From an uncultured delta proteobacterium (GTDB taxonomy: Bacteria > Desulfobacterota > Binatia > DP-6), in NCBI GenBank assembly GCA_963815115.1, contig CAWFFN010000009.1, positions 1,216,001 through 1,280,000 of the forward strand: DNA of 64,000 nt. The letters are read 5' to 3'. Position numbers and translations under genes: made by a program. Positions 46,433-56,681 of the stretch are shown here, piece after piece. Position 1 is the stretch's first letter. Every line of letters begins with the position of its first letter. The notes under the pieces were generated by a model. That model searched no databases. It had not been told where the DNA came from and worked only from the letters and a program-made list of their open reading frames with translations.

Positions 46433-49400
46433 GAAACGCAATCGCACCGCTGGTGATCCTGTCGCTGACGTTCGCCGGAGCTGCCGCCGCGCAGCCGACC
46501 CGCTCGAGTCCGCTCGCGGTGGCGCCCGACGGCCACGTCTTCGTCGTCAACCCGGACTCCAACTCGGTGGCGCGCCTGGAGTTCGACGCCATGCACCAGG
46601 GCACGCTCACCTCCGAGCAGCCGGTCGGCACGTATCCGCGCACGGTCGCGGTCGCGGGGCCGTACGTGTTCAGCGCCGATCAGACCAGCGACACCGTGTC
46701 GCGCCGCGATCAGGCCGACCTCGGGAACCTCCAGCAGGTCAACCTGGGCTTCGGCTGCAACCCCTACGGCGTCGCGCCCCTCCCGGGAGGCGGCGGAGTC
46801 GTGGTCTCGTGCCAGGGCACCAGCGAGGCCGTGCTGCTCGGGCTCGATCTCGGCGTCGTCGCCCGCGTGAAGCTGCCGTGGCCCAGCGCGCGCGCGATCG
46901 CCGTGACCTCGGACGGCGCGACCGCCTACGTCACCCACTACATCACGGCGGAGCCCAGCCTCGACGCGCACGTGAGCGTCGTCGACCTGGGGCAGAAGTC
47001 GGTGGCGAAAGTTCTCGCCATCCCGCCCGACGCGAGCACCTGCGAGACCCAGAACTCGGGCCAGGGCGTTTTCAACCTGGTCTCCGCAATCGCGCTCATG
47101 CCCGACGGCGCACCCGCTGCAGTGGCGGATCAGCTCTGGGTCGGCGGCGAGCAGGAGAACGTGATCTCGAAGGGTCTCTTCAAGCGCTGGCCGGGCTTCG
47201 CCGCCCAGCCCGGCTCGGGGATGTTCCCCTGGGTCCAGTACAAATCGTTCCCCGACGGTGGCGCGGTTCGCAACATCTACAAGCCCTCGTTCCACGACAT
47301 CATCCGATTCGGCATCTACAAGGTCGACCGCGTCAGCGGGAACGTCGTCGGCAAGGTCGACGTCGACGAGGCTGCCAATGCGAGCGACATCGAGCTGTCG
47401 GCGGACGGCGGCGTCGCCTACGTCGTCGACCTGAACTTCAACTCGTACCACATCTTCAACACCGTGCGCGGGCAGAACGGCAACCCGACGACCGTCTTCG
47501 CACCCGTCTCGAGCTTCGGACCGGGCGGCGCGGCGCCGACCCGGGGCTGCATTCCGCAGGCGCTGCCCTCGGTGGAGACCGAGTCCCCGTTCCGGATCGA
47601 GCCACAGTCGCAGATCACGACCATCGACGGCTACGACCCCATCGATCCGAGCTTCGCGCCGGTGAACACGGGCGTCGAGTTCGACGCCGTCACCTACCAG
47701 ACCGCCGGGACGTCGCAGATGCGGCTCGTTTCCGACGGCATCGGGACGGCACCCATCGGCGTGCGGCTGTCACCCGATGGCCAGACGGTCTACGTGGCGA
47801 ACTACCTGGCGCGCAACGTCGTGGCGGTCGCATCCGCGGCGCCGCTCGACGCCATGGGCAATCCCGCCAACCTGCGCTGCGCGTCGCAGCCGACGATGAC
47901 CTGCGGGCGCGACAACGACTGCCCGGCGGGCGTCGGCTTCTGCAACCACCCCGGCGGCGGCGTGTGCACCACGGACGCCGATTGCGGCACGCCCCCGTGC
48001 GTCCGGAAGCAGGACTGCGTGCCGATCGTCCTCGGTCAGCCCGTGTCGAGCATCACGGGCGGGATCGCGGCCGACCCGCTCCCGGCCGCTCTCCTGGACG
48101 GCAAGATCCTCTTCAACACGGCCGCGCGCGACGCCAGCCTGACGAACGGCGTCGGGCTCGGGGCAGCGGCGCCGCTCTTCAACAACCCGGCCCGTCCGGA
48201 GCTTGCCGCGATGCCCGGGAGCGTCGTCAGCACCGCCCACGACGCGTCGTACGTGACCTGCACGACGTGCCACGCCGACTTCGGCGGCCAGGACGGCCGG
48301 ACCTGGGACTTCGCGCAGTTCGGGGCGTCGCTGCGCAACACCATGGACCTGCGCGGCCGGCCGGGATTCTCGCCGGGCACCTGCAGCAACGAGCCGTCGA
48401 AGGAGTGCTTCTTCGACGCCGCCTGCGGCGACGGCAACGTGTGCAAGATGAACTCGCAGATGATCCCGCCGAACATCCCGGCGGCGGACCGCGACCGCTA
48501 CTTCAACCCCATGCTGACCGTGCACTGGAACGGCGACCGGGACGAGGTGGAGGATTTCGAGCACACCTATCGCAGCCTGCTCGGCGCCGGCGATTGTGAC
48601 GCCGTCGAGTTCGCGCCGACCTGCCAGGGCGCGCTGATCCAGCGCAGCACGCTCACCTCCAGCGATCCGGCCGACGTGAACGACGACCTCGGGCCGCCGA
48701 ACCGCAACATCCGGGGCCCGAAGACCGGCATGAACGCCGGCGTCCGGCTGACCCACATGGCCGACTTCGTCTACTCCCTCACCGAGTTCGTGAAGAACCC
48801 GAACCCGAAGACCGCCGCGACGGAGCGCGGGCGGAAGATCTTCAACGACCCGGCGACCCAGTGCACCACGTGTCACAACGGCGGGCCGGGCGCCGGCCGC
48901 CAGTTCTTCACCGACAAGAAGCCCAATCCCGGCTTCGACCCGTCGCGGCCGGGACGCTCGGACGGCAACAACCCGTTCGTGCGCCACGATGTCGGCACGT
49001 CGAACCTGTTCGATCAGACCGACCCGCAGGCCATCGCCCAGAAGAACCAGACCTTCCAGGATCCCGGCAACCCGCCCGACACCCGCCAGATCCCCGGCAG
49101 CCGCGGCGTGCTCGGCGACTACATCACGCCGGTGCTGAACGACCTCTGGAACACCGCGCCCTACCTGCACGACGGCAGCGCACACACGCTGCTCGACGTC
49201 GTCCGGCCGTGCAACCCCGCGCTCGACGACTGCTTCGAGGCAGGACGCGGACGCAACCTGCGCATCGCGGGCGTGAACGGGCAGGAGCTGCACGGCGCCA
49301 CCAGCTTCCTGACCCCGCAGCAGCTGAACGATCTGGTCGATTTCCAGAACTCGCTCACCCTCGACACGCTGGTCGGTACCAACGAGCGCGTGCTCAACGC

Positions 49401-49863
49401 CGGCTCGCTGACGCTCACGAAGGCGGTGTTCACCGTTCCGAAGCAGAAGAAGAACGGCAAGACGGTGGGGCAGGTGAAGGTCGTGGCGGCCGGCACCCTG
49501 GCCGGGGGCGGTGGCGGGCTCGATCCGGCGCAGGGCGTGACCCTGTCGCTGGCGACACCCAAGGATGGGCGGATGGTGATCGTCGAGCGCACCCTCGCGC
49601 TGCGCGGGTCGGGCCGTCGCTTCAAGGGCCACGACGGGGGGCTGTCGCTCGTGCTGCGGCGGAAGGGCGATGGGTTCGCCTTCACGGTCAAGGGGAAGGG
49701 CGCCGACGTCGCGGCGCTCGACACCGGGAACCAGGATGTGACGGTCGCGATCGAATTCGGCAAGACGGGCGACTTCGCGCAGGCGCAGTTCGTCCAGAAC
49801 CGCAACCTCACCGGCAAGAAGAACGTCTTCACGCTGCCGAAGAAGAAGCGCCATCGCGCCTGA
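46429..49863 (+). CDS. Secreted YncE-like beta-propeller fused to a di-heme cytochrome c peroxidase/MauG-like domain
   Basis: VFVVNPDSNSV and LSPDGQTVYVANYL repeats; two CTTCH motifs; HWNGDRDEVEDF; WNTAPYLHDGSA. Confidence 0.85.
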   Translation: MRNAIAPLVILSLTFAGAAAAQPTRSSPLAVAPDGHVFVVNPDSNSVARLEFDAMHQGTLTSEQPVGTYPRTVAVAGPYVFSADQTSDTVSRRDQADLGNLQQVNLGFGCNPYGVAPLPGGGGVVVSCQGTSEAVLLGLDLGVVARVKLPWPSARAIAVTSDGATAYVTHYITAEPSLDAHVSVVDLGQKSVAKVLAIPPDASTCETQNSGQGVFNLVSAIALMPDGAPAAVADQLWVGGEQENVISKGLFKRWPGFAAQPGSGMFPWVQYKSFPDGGAVRNIYKPSFHDIIRFGIYKVDRVSGNVVGKVDVDEAANASDIELSADGGVAYVVDLNFNSYHIFNTVRGQNGNPTTVFAPVSSFGPGGAAPTRGCIPQALPSVETESPFRIEPQSQITTIDGYDPIDPSFAPVNTGVEFDAVTYQTAGTSQMRLVSDGIGTAPIGVRLSPDGQTVYVANYLARNVVAVASAAPLDAMGNPANLRCASQPTMTCGRDNDCPAGVGFCNHPGGGVCTTDADCGTPPCVRKQDCVPIVLGQPVSSITGGIAADPLPAALLDGKILFNTAARDASLTNGVGLGAAAPLFNNPARPELAAMPGSVVSTAHDASYVTCTTCHADFGGQDGRTWDFAQFGASLRNTMDLRGRPGFSPGTCSNEPSKECFFDAACGDGNVCKMNSQMIPPNIPAADRDRYFNPMLTVHWNGDRDEVEDFEHTYRSLLGAGDCDAVEFAPTCQGALIQRSTLTSSDPADVNDDLGPPNRNIRGPKTGMNAGVRLTHMADFVYSLTEFVKNPNPKTAATERGRKIFNDPATQCTTCHNGGPGAGRQFFTDKKPNPGFDPSRPGRSDGNNPFVRHDVGTSNLFDQTDPQAIAQKNQTFQDPGNPPDTRQIPGSRGVLGDYITPVLNDLWNTAPYLHDGSAHTLLDVVRPCNPALDDCFEAGRGRNLRIAGVNGQELHGATSFLTPQQLNDLVDFQNSLTLDTLVGTNERVLNAGSLTLTKAVFTVPKQKKNGKTVGQVKVVAAGTLAGGGGGLDPAQGVTLSLATPKDGRMVIVERTLALRGSGRRFKGHDGGLSLVLRRKGDGFAFTVKGKGADVAALDTGNQDVTVAIEFGKTGDFAQAQFVQNRNLTGKKNVFTLPKKKRHRA

Positions 49864-49876
49864 AGGGGGACTGGCA

Positions 49877-50953
49877 ATGCACAAGACGATCCGGACGTTC
49901 CTCGTCGTGGCTCTGACGCTCGCCGCCGCACGGGCACACGCCACGCCGGCGACCTGCACGGTCTCGAACATCGACGTCGTGACGACGCTCTTCCCGTTCC
50001 CCAGAATCGGCGGAACCGGGCTCGCCCTCCCTGTCGACATCGATGCCGCGAGCGGGACGATCACGATGGATCGCAGCGCCTACACGGCCGCGTACCCGTC
50101 GCCCGGGCTGAAGTTCGACACCGGCTTCGGGCCCTCTGGCTGGCTCGACTGGGATCCGGGATCGATCACCGGGACGATCGACTCGAACGGGCAGATCGCG
50201 TTCCCGAACTTCGGGATGCGCTTCTTCACCGACTACGCCACGCCGGGTCCGAGCCTCGCCGGCAATCTCAATCCGACCTTCTCGACCGCCATGCAGGCGC
50301 GGACCGTGTCCGGGACCGCATGGCTCTTCTCCGGCTCGGCTGTGAACGCCCAGGGCCAGCTGACCCTCGCCGGCACGGATCTCATCAACTTCGTGGCGAC
50401 CTTGCAGACGGGACCCAGGTTGAGCTGCACGCTCTCGCCCGTTCCCGATCTCGCCTCGCTGCCGAAGGGCCCGACGCTCGCATCGGTGAAGGGCGTCGTG
50501 AAGAACGGCACCGACCCGACCATCGCGGACGACTCCCTGACGCTGACGGCGGTGATGGTGCTGGGCGCGACGCCGCCCGTGCTCGACGGCACCCAGGACG
50601 TGCTGCTGAGGCTCCAGCCCGCCGGAGCGCTCCCCTTGACGATCGTCATCCCGGGGAGCGCGCTGACCCCGAAGGGGAAGAAGGTCAGCGCCAAGGGCGA
50701 CGGCACGGTGTTCCAGTCGATCGCCGATGCGCCCATCAGCCAGGACGACCAGACGCCGCCTCCGGCAACGACGGACGGCGGCTCACTGATCGTGAAGAAG
50801 ACGAAGAAGCGAGCCACCTTCATCCTGAAGGTGGCGGGGGTCGACGCGTCGACCCTGAGCGGGTCCATCGTCGCCACGCTCGGTGTGGGAACCCAGGACG
50901 CGAGCCGTCAGGTGACCTTCACCGCCACGAAGAAGGGGTCGAAGTTCCACTGA
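49877..50953 (+). CDS. Secreted beta-rich protein
   Basis: Signal peptide AHA-T; basic C-terminal domain. Confidence 0.75.
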   Translation: MHKTIRTFLVVALTLAAARAHATPATCTVSNIDVVTTLFPFPRIGGTGLALPVDIDAASGTITMDRSAYTAAYPSPGLKFDTGFGPSGWLDWDPGSITGTIDSNGQIAFPNFGMRFFTDYATPGPSLAGNLNPTFSTAMQARTVSGTAWLFSGSAVNAQGQLTLAGTDLINFVATLQTGPRLSCTLSPVPDLASLPKGPTLASVKGVVKNGTDPTIADDSLTLTAVMVLGATPPVLDGTQDVLLRLQPAGALPLTIVIPGSALTPKGKKVSAKGDGTVFQSIADAPISQDDQTPPPATTDGGSLIVKKTKKRATFILKVAGVDASTLSGSIVATLGVGTQDASRQVTFTATKKGSKFH

Positions 50954-50978
50954 GCGCGCCGGCCGCAGCGTCCCGGCG

Positions 50979-51266
50979 TCAGGCGCGGTAGATCCGGCAA
51001 TCGAAGCGCATGTGCAGCTCCTGATACACGCGCTGGCGCTCGGCCGGCGTGAGCCGCGTGAGCGCCGAGAGCACCGCGGCCAGCACCGGCTCGAGCGACG
51101 CGCGCTCCTCTTCGGCGGCGGTGCGCCCCGACGCCGAGGGTCCACAGCCGCTGCCGTCGCAGTGCGGGCAGGGGTCGCATGCCGTGGGGCCGCGCTCCGG
51201 GTCCGCCCACAGCCCGGTGCCGTCGCAGAAGCCGCAGGAAGCCTCGGGATCGCGCAGCGTGTCCAC
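50979..51266 (-). CDS. Small protein with DnaJ-type CxxCxGxG zinc-finger repeats
   Basis: CGFCDGTG...CPHCDGSG. Confidence 0.55.
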   Translation of the reverse strand: MDTLRDPEASCGFCDGTGLWADPERGPTACDPCPHCDGSGCGPSASGRTAAEEERASLEPVLAAVLSALTRLTPAERQRVYQELHMRFDCRIYRA

Positions 51267-51369
51267 GGTCGATCTCCCTTCCCGCGCGAGTATCGCCCCG
51301 CGCCGCCGCGCAGGTCAATGCGGGTTTGACCCTCCGGAGGAGAGCGGCTAACACTCGCGTCTGCGCTAC

Positions 51370-51442
51370 GGCCAGGTAGCTCAGTTGGTAGAGCACACGA
51401 CTGAAAATCGTGGTGTCGACGGTTCAATCCCGCCCCTGGCCA
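51370..51442 (+). tRNA. tRNA-Phe (GAA)
   Basis: Acceptor GGCCAGG/CCTGGCC; D arm; anticodon arm CACGA-CTGAAAA-TCGTG; TTCAATC T-loop; CCA not encoded. Confidence 0.95.
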
Positions 51443-52132
51443 CTCGTCGGATCAGCGACCCGCGACCGCGCGTGCGACGCGGTCGCGGTCGCCGTCCGCC
51501 CTCGCGCGCGTTCTGCTCGGCGAGGAGCGGGATGAACCGGCATTCGGGATAGTTCCCGTTCCCGCCGGGCGTCCCATGGCACGCGCCGGAAGCCGATGAC
51601 CGGGCGCGCGGGGGACGACAGCGCACGGCGGGACGAAAATCCTTGACACCCAAACCCAACCAGCTAGGACAGAACCGAACGTATCTCCGTACCGACGACT
51701 CTCTCGAGCCGTCTAGCAGATAAAGGAGGACAACGTCGCCTTCATCGTCGGCGCGTTGCAGGCAGGCAGACAATGCCGGTCGGGTTCGCCGATGCCGACA
51801 CGACGAGCCCGATCCTCCGCATGGCCCGCGGCGCCGGCTTTCGGGCCCCACGGAACAGAGAACCCGGAAGAGAGTGCCCCGCCGAGGCGAGTACCTCGAC
51901 AGGGTCGTCAACCTCGTCGTCGCATCCCAGGACCCGTGCGGCGCCGGGGGGGACTGGATGCTGCCCTGCCGCTGCTCGACCCCAAGCACGTGGCCCCCTT
52001 CGGGAGGAGGTAAGACCATGGGAATTCGGTGACTTGATGAGCAGAGTCTCACCGCTGGCATCCCGGCTGTCGATCTGCAGCCAATCAACGACAACGAACG
52101 CTCGACGCGTTCATCCAAATCGGGGGTCTGCC

Positions 52133-54277
52133 ATGACCAGTCCACGCTTCCTGAGCGCCTTGATGCTCGCCGCGCTGGTCCGCAGTGCGGCAGCGCAACT
52201 CGTGCCGCCACCGCTGACCGCGACCGTGGTCAACTTCGACGACCTCGTCGCCTGTACCGACATCCTCACCTGCGTGCCCATACCTCCTGATACCTACAAC
52301 TCCCTCGGCATCACGATCTCCGGCTTCGGGCAGAACGGGGCCATCGTCTTCGACGCCACGACCAGCTCGTACGGGATATCGCCACCCAACGTCCTTTTCT
52401 TCTTCAGCGCGTTCCCCCTGGCAAACGGCGGCCTCATCAAGGGCCCGGAGACCTTCACCTTCTATCCACCGATCCAGTCGCTGCAGTTCGACACCGCCAC
52501 GTTCACTGGTTGCGACCTGCTGGTGACCGCCTCGGCGTTCGCGCCGGACGGCACTGTGGTGGGGAACGCCTCGATTGCGCCGGTCGAGGGGGGCGTCACG
52601 CTTGCTCTGACCTTTGCGCCGCCCGGGGCGCAGACGGTGCTCATCACCGACGCGCCCAACCCGCTCTGCGGTCTCCCCGGGCTCGAAGCGTTCTCGATCG
52701 ACAACATCGCCTTCGTGTCGGAGCCCGGTGGCGTCGGCAGCACGTGCGCGCAGGGCGAGATCGACGCCGCCGGCAAGAAGGCGAAGGCCGAGGCGAGCTG
52801 CTACTCCAAGGCGCTCCAGAAGGGCGTCCCGGTCGATCCGAACTGCATCCAGAAGGCCGTCAACGCCTTCAACAGCAGCGTCACCAAGTCGCAGGACAAG
52901 GGGGATTGTCTGGTCGGTGGCCGCCACGGGGACAACCAGGACGTGAGCCAGCTCGAGGCCGCCGTCGACAACCTGATCGCGAACAGCGTCCAGACGGTGA
53001 CCGGCGGCCAGCCGGGCCCCAACGTCTGCTTCGGCAAGAAGCTCGCCGCGATCGGCAAGAAGGCGCAGTCCTTCGCGGGGTGCTGGTCCAAGGCGGCGAA
53101 GAGCGGGACGAACGCCGACGAGGCCTGCGCCCAGAAGGCTGCCGGCTCGTTCAACGGGTCGCTCAAGGCGTGCGGCACTCCGACCCAGCTCGCCCCGCTC
53201 GAGCTCCTGATCGACCAGTTCGGGAATGCCCTCTCCCGGAGCGTGACGGTGGCGACGACCACCACGACCACGACGACCACGAGCACCACGACCTCGACCC
53301 TGCCCCCGCCGCTCGGGCAGCATCTGTCGTTCACGACGACCGCGGGGACGACGAACTGTGGCTCGGGTCAGTTCTCCACGCCGGCCGATCCGCCCTTCTC
53401 GGGTGAGCTCGACTCCGACACCGTCGGGACCAAGCTCGTCGACCTGGGGGCCGGGTGCCTCTACATCGGCGGCGGCGCGGCGACGGTGAACCCCTCGGTC
53501 ATTCCGGAGAATGCCACCACGGTGCTCGACAGCCCCGACGGCACGACGCTCTCGGGCAGCCTGGGAACCAGCCGCGCGGACTGCTCCGTGGGGCCGCAGG
53601 GTTTCGTCAAGCACTGCGTCAACAACCCGGCGTTGGAGTGCACCAGCGACGGCGACTGCTTCGCGCCGGGCGGCTGCCAGACGGACCCGACGTGCTACTT
53701 CGGCCCGCCGGTCCTCGTGAACGGCTTCCCCTCGAGCTGCGTGGTGAACGCCTTTGCGCAGAATGCGAGCGGGACGCTCAACCTGGCCACGGGCGAGTCG
53801 ACGGTCGACATCGAGCTGGCGTCGTTCGTCTACCTGACCCTCGGCCAGCCCACCGTCTGCCCGATCTGCGACGGTGGCTTCTGTAACTACGGCGCCACGC
53901 CGGGCGCTGCGTGCACGACCAACAACAGCACGCTGACGTCGCTCGACTGCATGCCGAGCCCGGGCACCTTCGTGGCCACGCTGCCGGTGAGCCTCAATCC
54001 GCTGACCTCGTCGCCGATCACGACGACGGCGGCGGACGGGCTCTTCTGCCCCTCCCAGCCCAACGCCGGCGCGTTCGGTCAGGCGACCGCCGAGGTGATC
54101 ACGCAGAACGGATCGCCGGCGGGTGATCTGACCGACGGGGCATCCCACGCCGGGGTGCTCGTGAGCAACTTCTGCATCCCGGCGACGGGCAGCCTGGCAC
54201 TCGACGGGCTGGCCAACCTGCCGGGACCGGGCTCGCTCAGCTTGCCCGGGAACGCGCAGTTCTTCGCCATGCCGTAG
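52133..54277 (+). CDS. Large secreted Cys-rich multidomain protein with Thr linker
   Basis: Signal peptide; VVNFDDL...IDNIAF lectin/PEP-CTERM-like N-domain; helical CxxK repeats; poly-T linker; Cys-rich C-domain. Confidence 0.8.
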   Translation: MTSPRFLSALMLAALVRSAAAQLVPPPLTATVVNFDDLVACTDILTCVPIPPDTYNSLGITISGFGQNGAIVFDATTSSYGISPPNVLFFFSAFPLANGGLIKGPETFTFYPPIQSLQFDTATFTGCDLLVTASAFAPDGTVVGNASIAPVEGGVTLALTFAPPGAQTVLITDAPNPLCGLPGLEAFSIDNIAFVSEPGGVGSTCAQGEIDAAGKKAKAEASCYSKALQKGVPVDPNCIQKAVNAFNSSVTKSQDKGDCLVGGRHGDNQDVSQLEAAVDNLIANSVQTVTGGQPGPNVCFGKKLAAIGKKAQSFAGCWSKAAKSGTNADEACAQKAAGSFNGSLKACGTPTQLAPLELLIDQFGNALSRSVTVATTTTTTTTTSTTTSTLPPPLGQHLSFTTTAGTTNCGSGQFSTPADPPFSGELDSDTVGTKLVDLGAGCLYIGGGAATVNPSVIPENATTVLDSPDGTTLSGSLGTSRADCSVGPQGFVKHCVNNPALECTSDGDCFAPGGCQTDPTCYFGPPVLVNGFPSSCVVNAFAQNASGTLNLATGESTVDIELASFVYLTLGQPTVCPICDGGFCNYGATPGAACTTNNSTLTSLDCMPSPGTFVATLPVSLNPLTSSPITTTAADGLFCPSQPNAGAFGQATAEVITQNGSPAGDLTDGASHAGVLVSNFCIPATGSLALDGLANLPGPGSLSLPGNAQFFAMP

Positions 54278-54306
54278 CCGCACGCTGCGGTCCTGAGCGA
54301 TCGACC

Positions 54307-54337
54307 CCCGGCGCCGGCCCTCCCGGCCGGCGCCGGG
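54307..54337. terminator. 13-bp GC stem-loop between convergent genes
   Basis: CCCGGCGCCGGCC-CTCCC-GGCCGGCGCCGGG. Confidence 0.45.
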
Positions 54338-54460
54338 ACGCGGCCTCCCATCAGCATTCGGGCAGCGGCAGGACGAGACGGCGAGAGCGCGCCAGCCGAG
54401 CACTCCGCGGCGATCTCCTGCATCGTGACCCCGGCGGAGCGTGGAGATGGTGCGTTCTGA

Positions 54461-54907
54461 CTATTGCGCGCTGCCCGGGTTCGCTGGCTGGAAGGTGCGA
54501 CCGTCCCACGACCAGCGTGTCGTGCCGTTCGAGACGAGATCGCGGACCCCCCGCGTGCGACCGTCCCCGAGTGCAATCCCGTGGACCGTCAGATCGGCCC
54601 TGCGGTACTTGTCGCCGTCCGAGAGGAACACCTCGGTGGAGCAGCCCCGGCTCCCGCAGTAGGACGGATTCGTGAAGGCGACCACGTAGTCGGGTCGCCT
54701 GTCGCCGTTCAGGTCGATCTTGGCGATGTCGAGATCGGTTTGTGGATTCGCATCGTCCGCGAACGATCCCAAGAGCTTGACCACGAGGCTACGATCCGCA
54801 GGCGAGACGGCCTTGCCGAACGGCAAGTCGCCGGCGATCGCGGCAACCACACAGAGCACCAGGATGAAGGGCTGAACACGTGCTGAACGGATCACCGATC
54901 TCGACAT
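54461..54907 (-). CDS. Small secreted protein
   Basis: Hydrophobic N-terminus; DLNGDRRPDY, YCGSRGC, WSWDGRTF. Confidence 0.7.
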   Translation of the reverse strand: MSRSVIRSARVQPFILVLCVVAAIAGDLPFGKAVSPADRSLVVKLLGSFADDANPQTDLDIAKIDLNGDRRPDYVVAFTNPSYCGSRGCSTEVFLSDGDKYRRADLTVHGIALGDGRTRGVRDLVSNGTTRWSWDGRTFQPANPGSAQ

Positions 54908-55214
54908 GGCATCCTTTCCGCGCTGGCAAATCAAGAGTAGCAGGCGGTATGGTCCGTATTTAGCCCGCTTCCCCTACAGGCTGTCTATCCCTCTGGTGCC
55001 ATCCCGACTTACGTAAACCTCCTCGAATTGCGTCGTGACCGTGGAGGGTGGTCATGCGTCTCGCGCCGGTCGAGCGATCCCGCGCGCACGGGCACCCCGC
55101 GCAAGTGCCTGAGCGTGCGAGGCAACACGGTTGGTTCGACCCCGCAAGCGCCCATCGTCGGCGTCCGGGAGAATGTACCATATCCCGTAGCAGTGGCGCG
55201 CGTACGACCAACTG

Positions 55215-55354
55215 CGCCCGAAGGGATCGGCCGCATCGAGAAGCAGGCGTGCGCGCGCGACGGCCATCTCCAGGAACTCGATGTCCTCGTGCTCGCGACG
55301 GGGTTTCGCGTCGACCGCTTCGTACGGTCGATACAGGTGGTGGGCCACACTTGA
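55215..55354 (+). pseudogene. Fragment of a flavin-containing (Baeyer-Villiger-type) monooxygenase
   Basis: EGIGRIE...DGHLQELDVLVLATGFRVDRFVRSIQVVG then stop; no N-terminal part. Confidence 0.55.
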
Positions 55355-55375
55355 CCGGACCGTCCAGCATCGACG

Positions 55376-56665
55376 ATGAGGACGGCGATGTCTCCCGAGA
55401 ACGCGACGCCCGACCCGACGGCCGCGTGGTTCGCGCGGGCGCGCTTCGGCGTGTTCGTCCACTGGGGACACGGGAGCCGGCGCGGCTGGGAGCTGTCGTG
55501 GCCGCTGGTCGGCGGCCTGCGCAGCCTGCGCCATTGCCAGGACGTGCCGGCCGAGACGTATCACGCGAACGCCCGCAGCTTCGCCCCCCGCCCGGGCGCC
55601 GCGCGCGACTGGATCGCCGCTGCGAAGCGGTGCGGCATGCGCTACGCCGTGCTCACCACGAAGCACCACGACGGCTTCGCGCTCTTCCCCACCCGCGCGT
55701 CCGACTTCTCGATCGCGGCGACGCCGTACCGCGGCGACCTCGTGCGCGAGTTCGTCGAGGCAGCGCGCGCGGCCGACCTCCGGGTCGGACTCTACTTCTC
55801 GCTGTGCGACTGGCACCATCCCGACTATCCGCCCTTCACCGACGCCGATCGTCCCTATCGCTACGGGCTCGCACCACGGCCGACCGACGACCAGTGGGCT
55901 CGATACACGGCCTTCCTGTTCGCGCAGATTCGCGAGCTGCTCGAGAGCTACGGCCGCATCGATCTCCTGTGGTTCGACGGAGGATGGGAGCGCAGTGCCG
56001 ACGCATGGCGCGCGCACGAGCTGGAGGCGATGATCCGCGAGCTCCAGCCCGGCATCGTGATCAACGATCGCCTCCCCGGCGCAGGGGACTACGACACCCC
56101 CGAGCAGTTCATCCCGCCCGAGCCGCCGGCGCGGACGTGGGAGACGTGCCTCACGATGAACGAGAGCTGGGCGTGGAATCCGTCTGACCGCGACTACAAA
56201 TCCTCGCGCGCGCTCGTCCACGCGCTCTGCGAGGTCGCCGGCCGCGGCGGCAACCTGCTGCTCGACGTGGGCCCGACGGGCGACGGCAGCCTGCCGCCGG
56301 AGCAGGTCGAGCGGCTCGAGGCGATCGGCGGCTGGATGGACGTCCACGGCGAGAGCATCCACGACACGGAACCGGGCCTCGCGCCCTGGCAGTTCTACGG
56401 ACCCTCGACCCGCCGCGGGTCCCGGCTCTACCTTCATCTCCTGTCGCGGCCGTACGACACGGTCGCCGTGCGCGGCGTGCCCATCCGGCGCGTCCGCGCC
56501 GTGACCGCGCTCGGCACCGGGACCGTGCTCGATGCGAGCGGACGCTGCCCGGTGGTCGACGAGCTGTTCAACGGCGACCCGACCGGCGAGCTCACGATCC
56601 GCGTGCCCGAAGCGGTGCTCGATCCGATCGCCACGACGATCGCGGTCGACGTGGATCCGGCGTGA
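55376..56665 (+). CDS. Alpha-L-fucosidase (GH29)
   Basis: ARFGVFVHWG, TTKHHDGFALF, LLWFDG, WETCLTMNESW, GNLLLDVGP. Confidence 0.93.
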   Translation: MRTAMSPENATPDPTAAWFARARFGVFVHWGHGSRRGWELSWPLVGGLRSLRHCQDVPAETYHANARSFAPRPGAARDWIAAAKRCGMRYAVLTTKHHDGFALFPTRASDFSIAATPYRGDLVREFVEAARAADLRVGLYFSLCDWHHPDYPPFTDADRPYRYGLAPRPTDDQWARYTAFLFAQIRELLESYGRIDLLWFDGGWERSADAWRAHELEAMIRELQPGIVINDRLPGAGDYDTPEQFIPPEPPARTWETCLTMNESWAWNPSDRDYKSSRALVHALCEVAGRGGNLLLDVGPTGDGSLPPEQVERLEAIGGWMDVHGESIHDTEPGLAPWQFYGPSTRRGSRLYLHLLSRPYDTVAVRGVPIRRVRAVTALGTGTVLDASGRCPVVDELFNGDPTGELTIRVPEAVLDPIATTIAVDVDPA

Positions 56666-56681
56666 TGTCATAGGACGGGCC

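Noticed and set aside
51370-51442. tRNA-Phe as an integration site; A-C mismatch in the T stem (GACGG/CCGCC)
   Set aside because: No duplicated 3' end or adjacent integrase seen; a single mismatch may be tolerated or be a base-call error.
52018-52130. Selenocysteine read-through of the MGIR-TGA uORF
   Set aside because: The downstream frame gives no protein-like sequence and no evident SECIS.
55131-55154. GGTTCGACCCCGCAAGCGCCCA resembling a tRNA 3' remnant
   Set aside because: The T stem does not pair well and it does not match the local tRNA-Phe.
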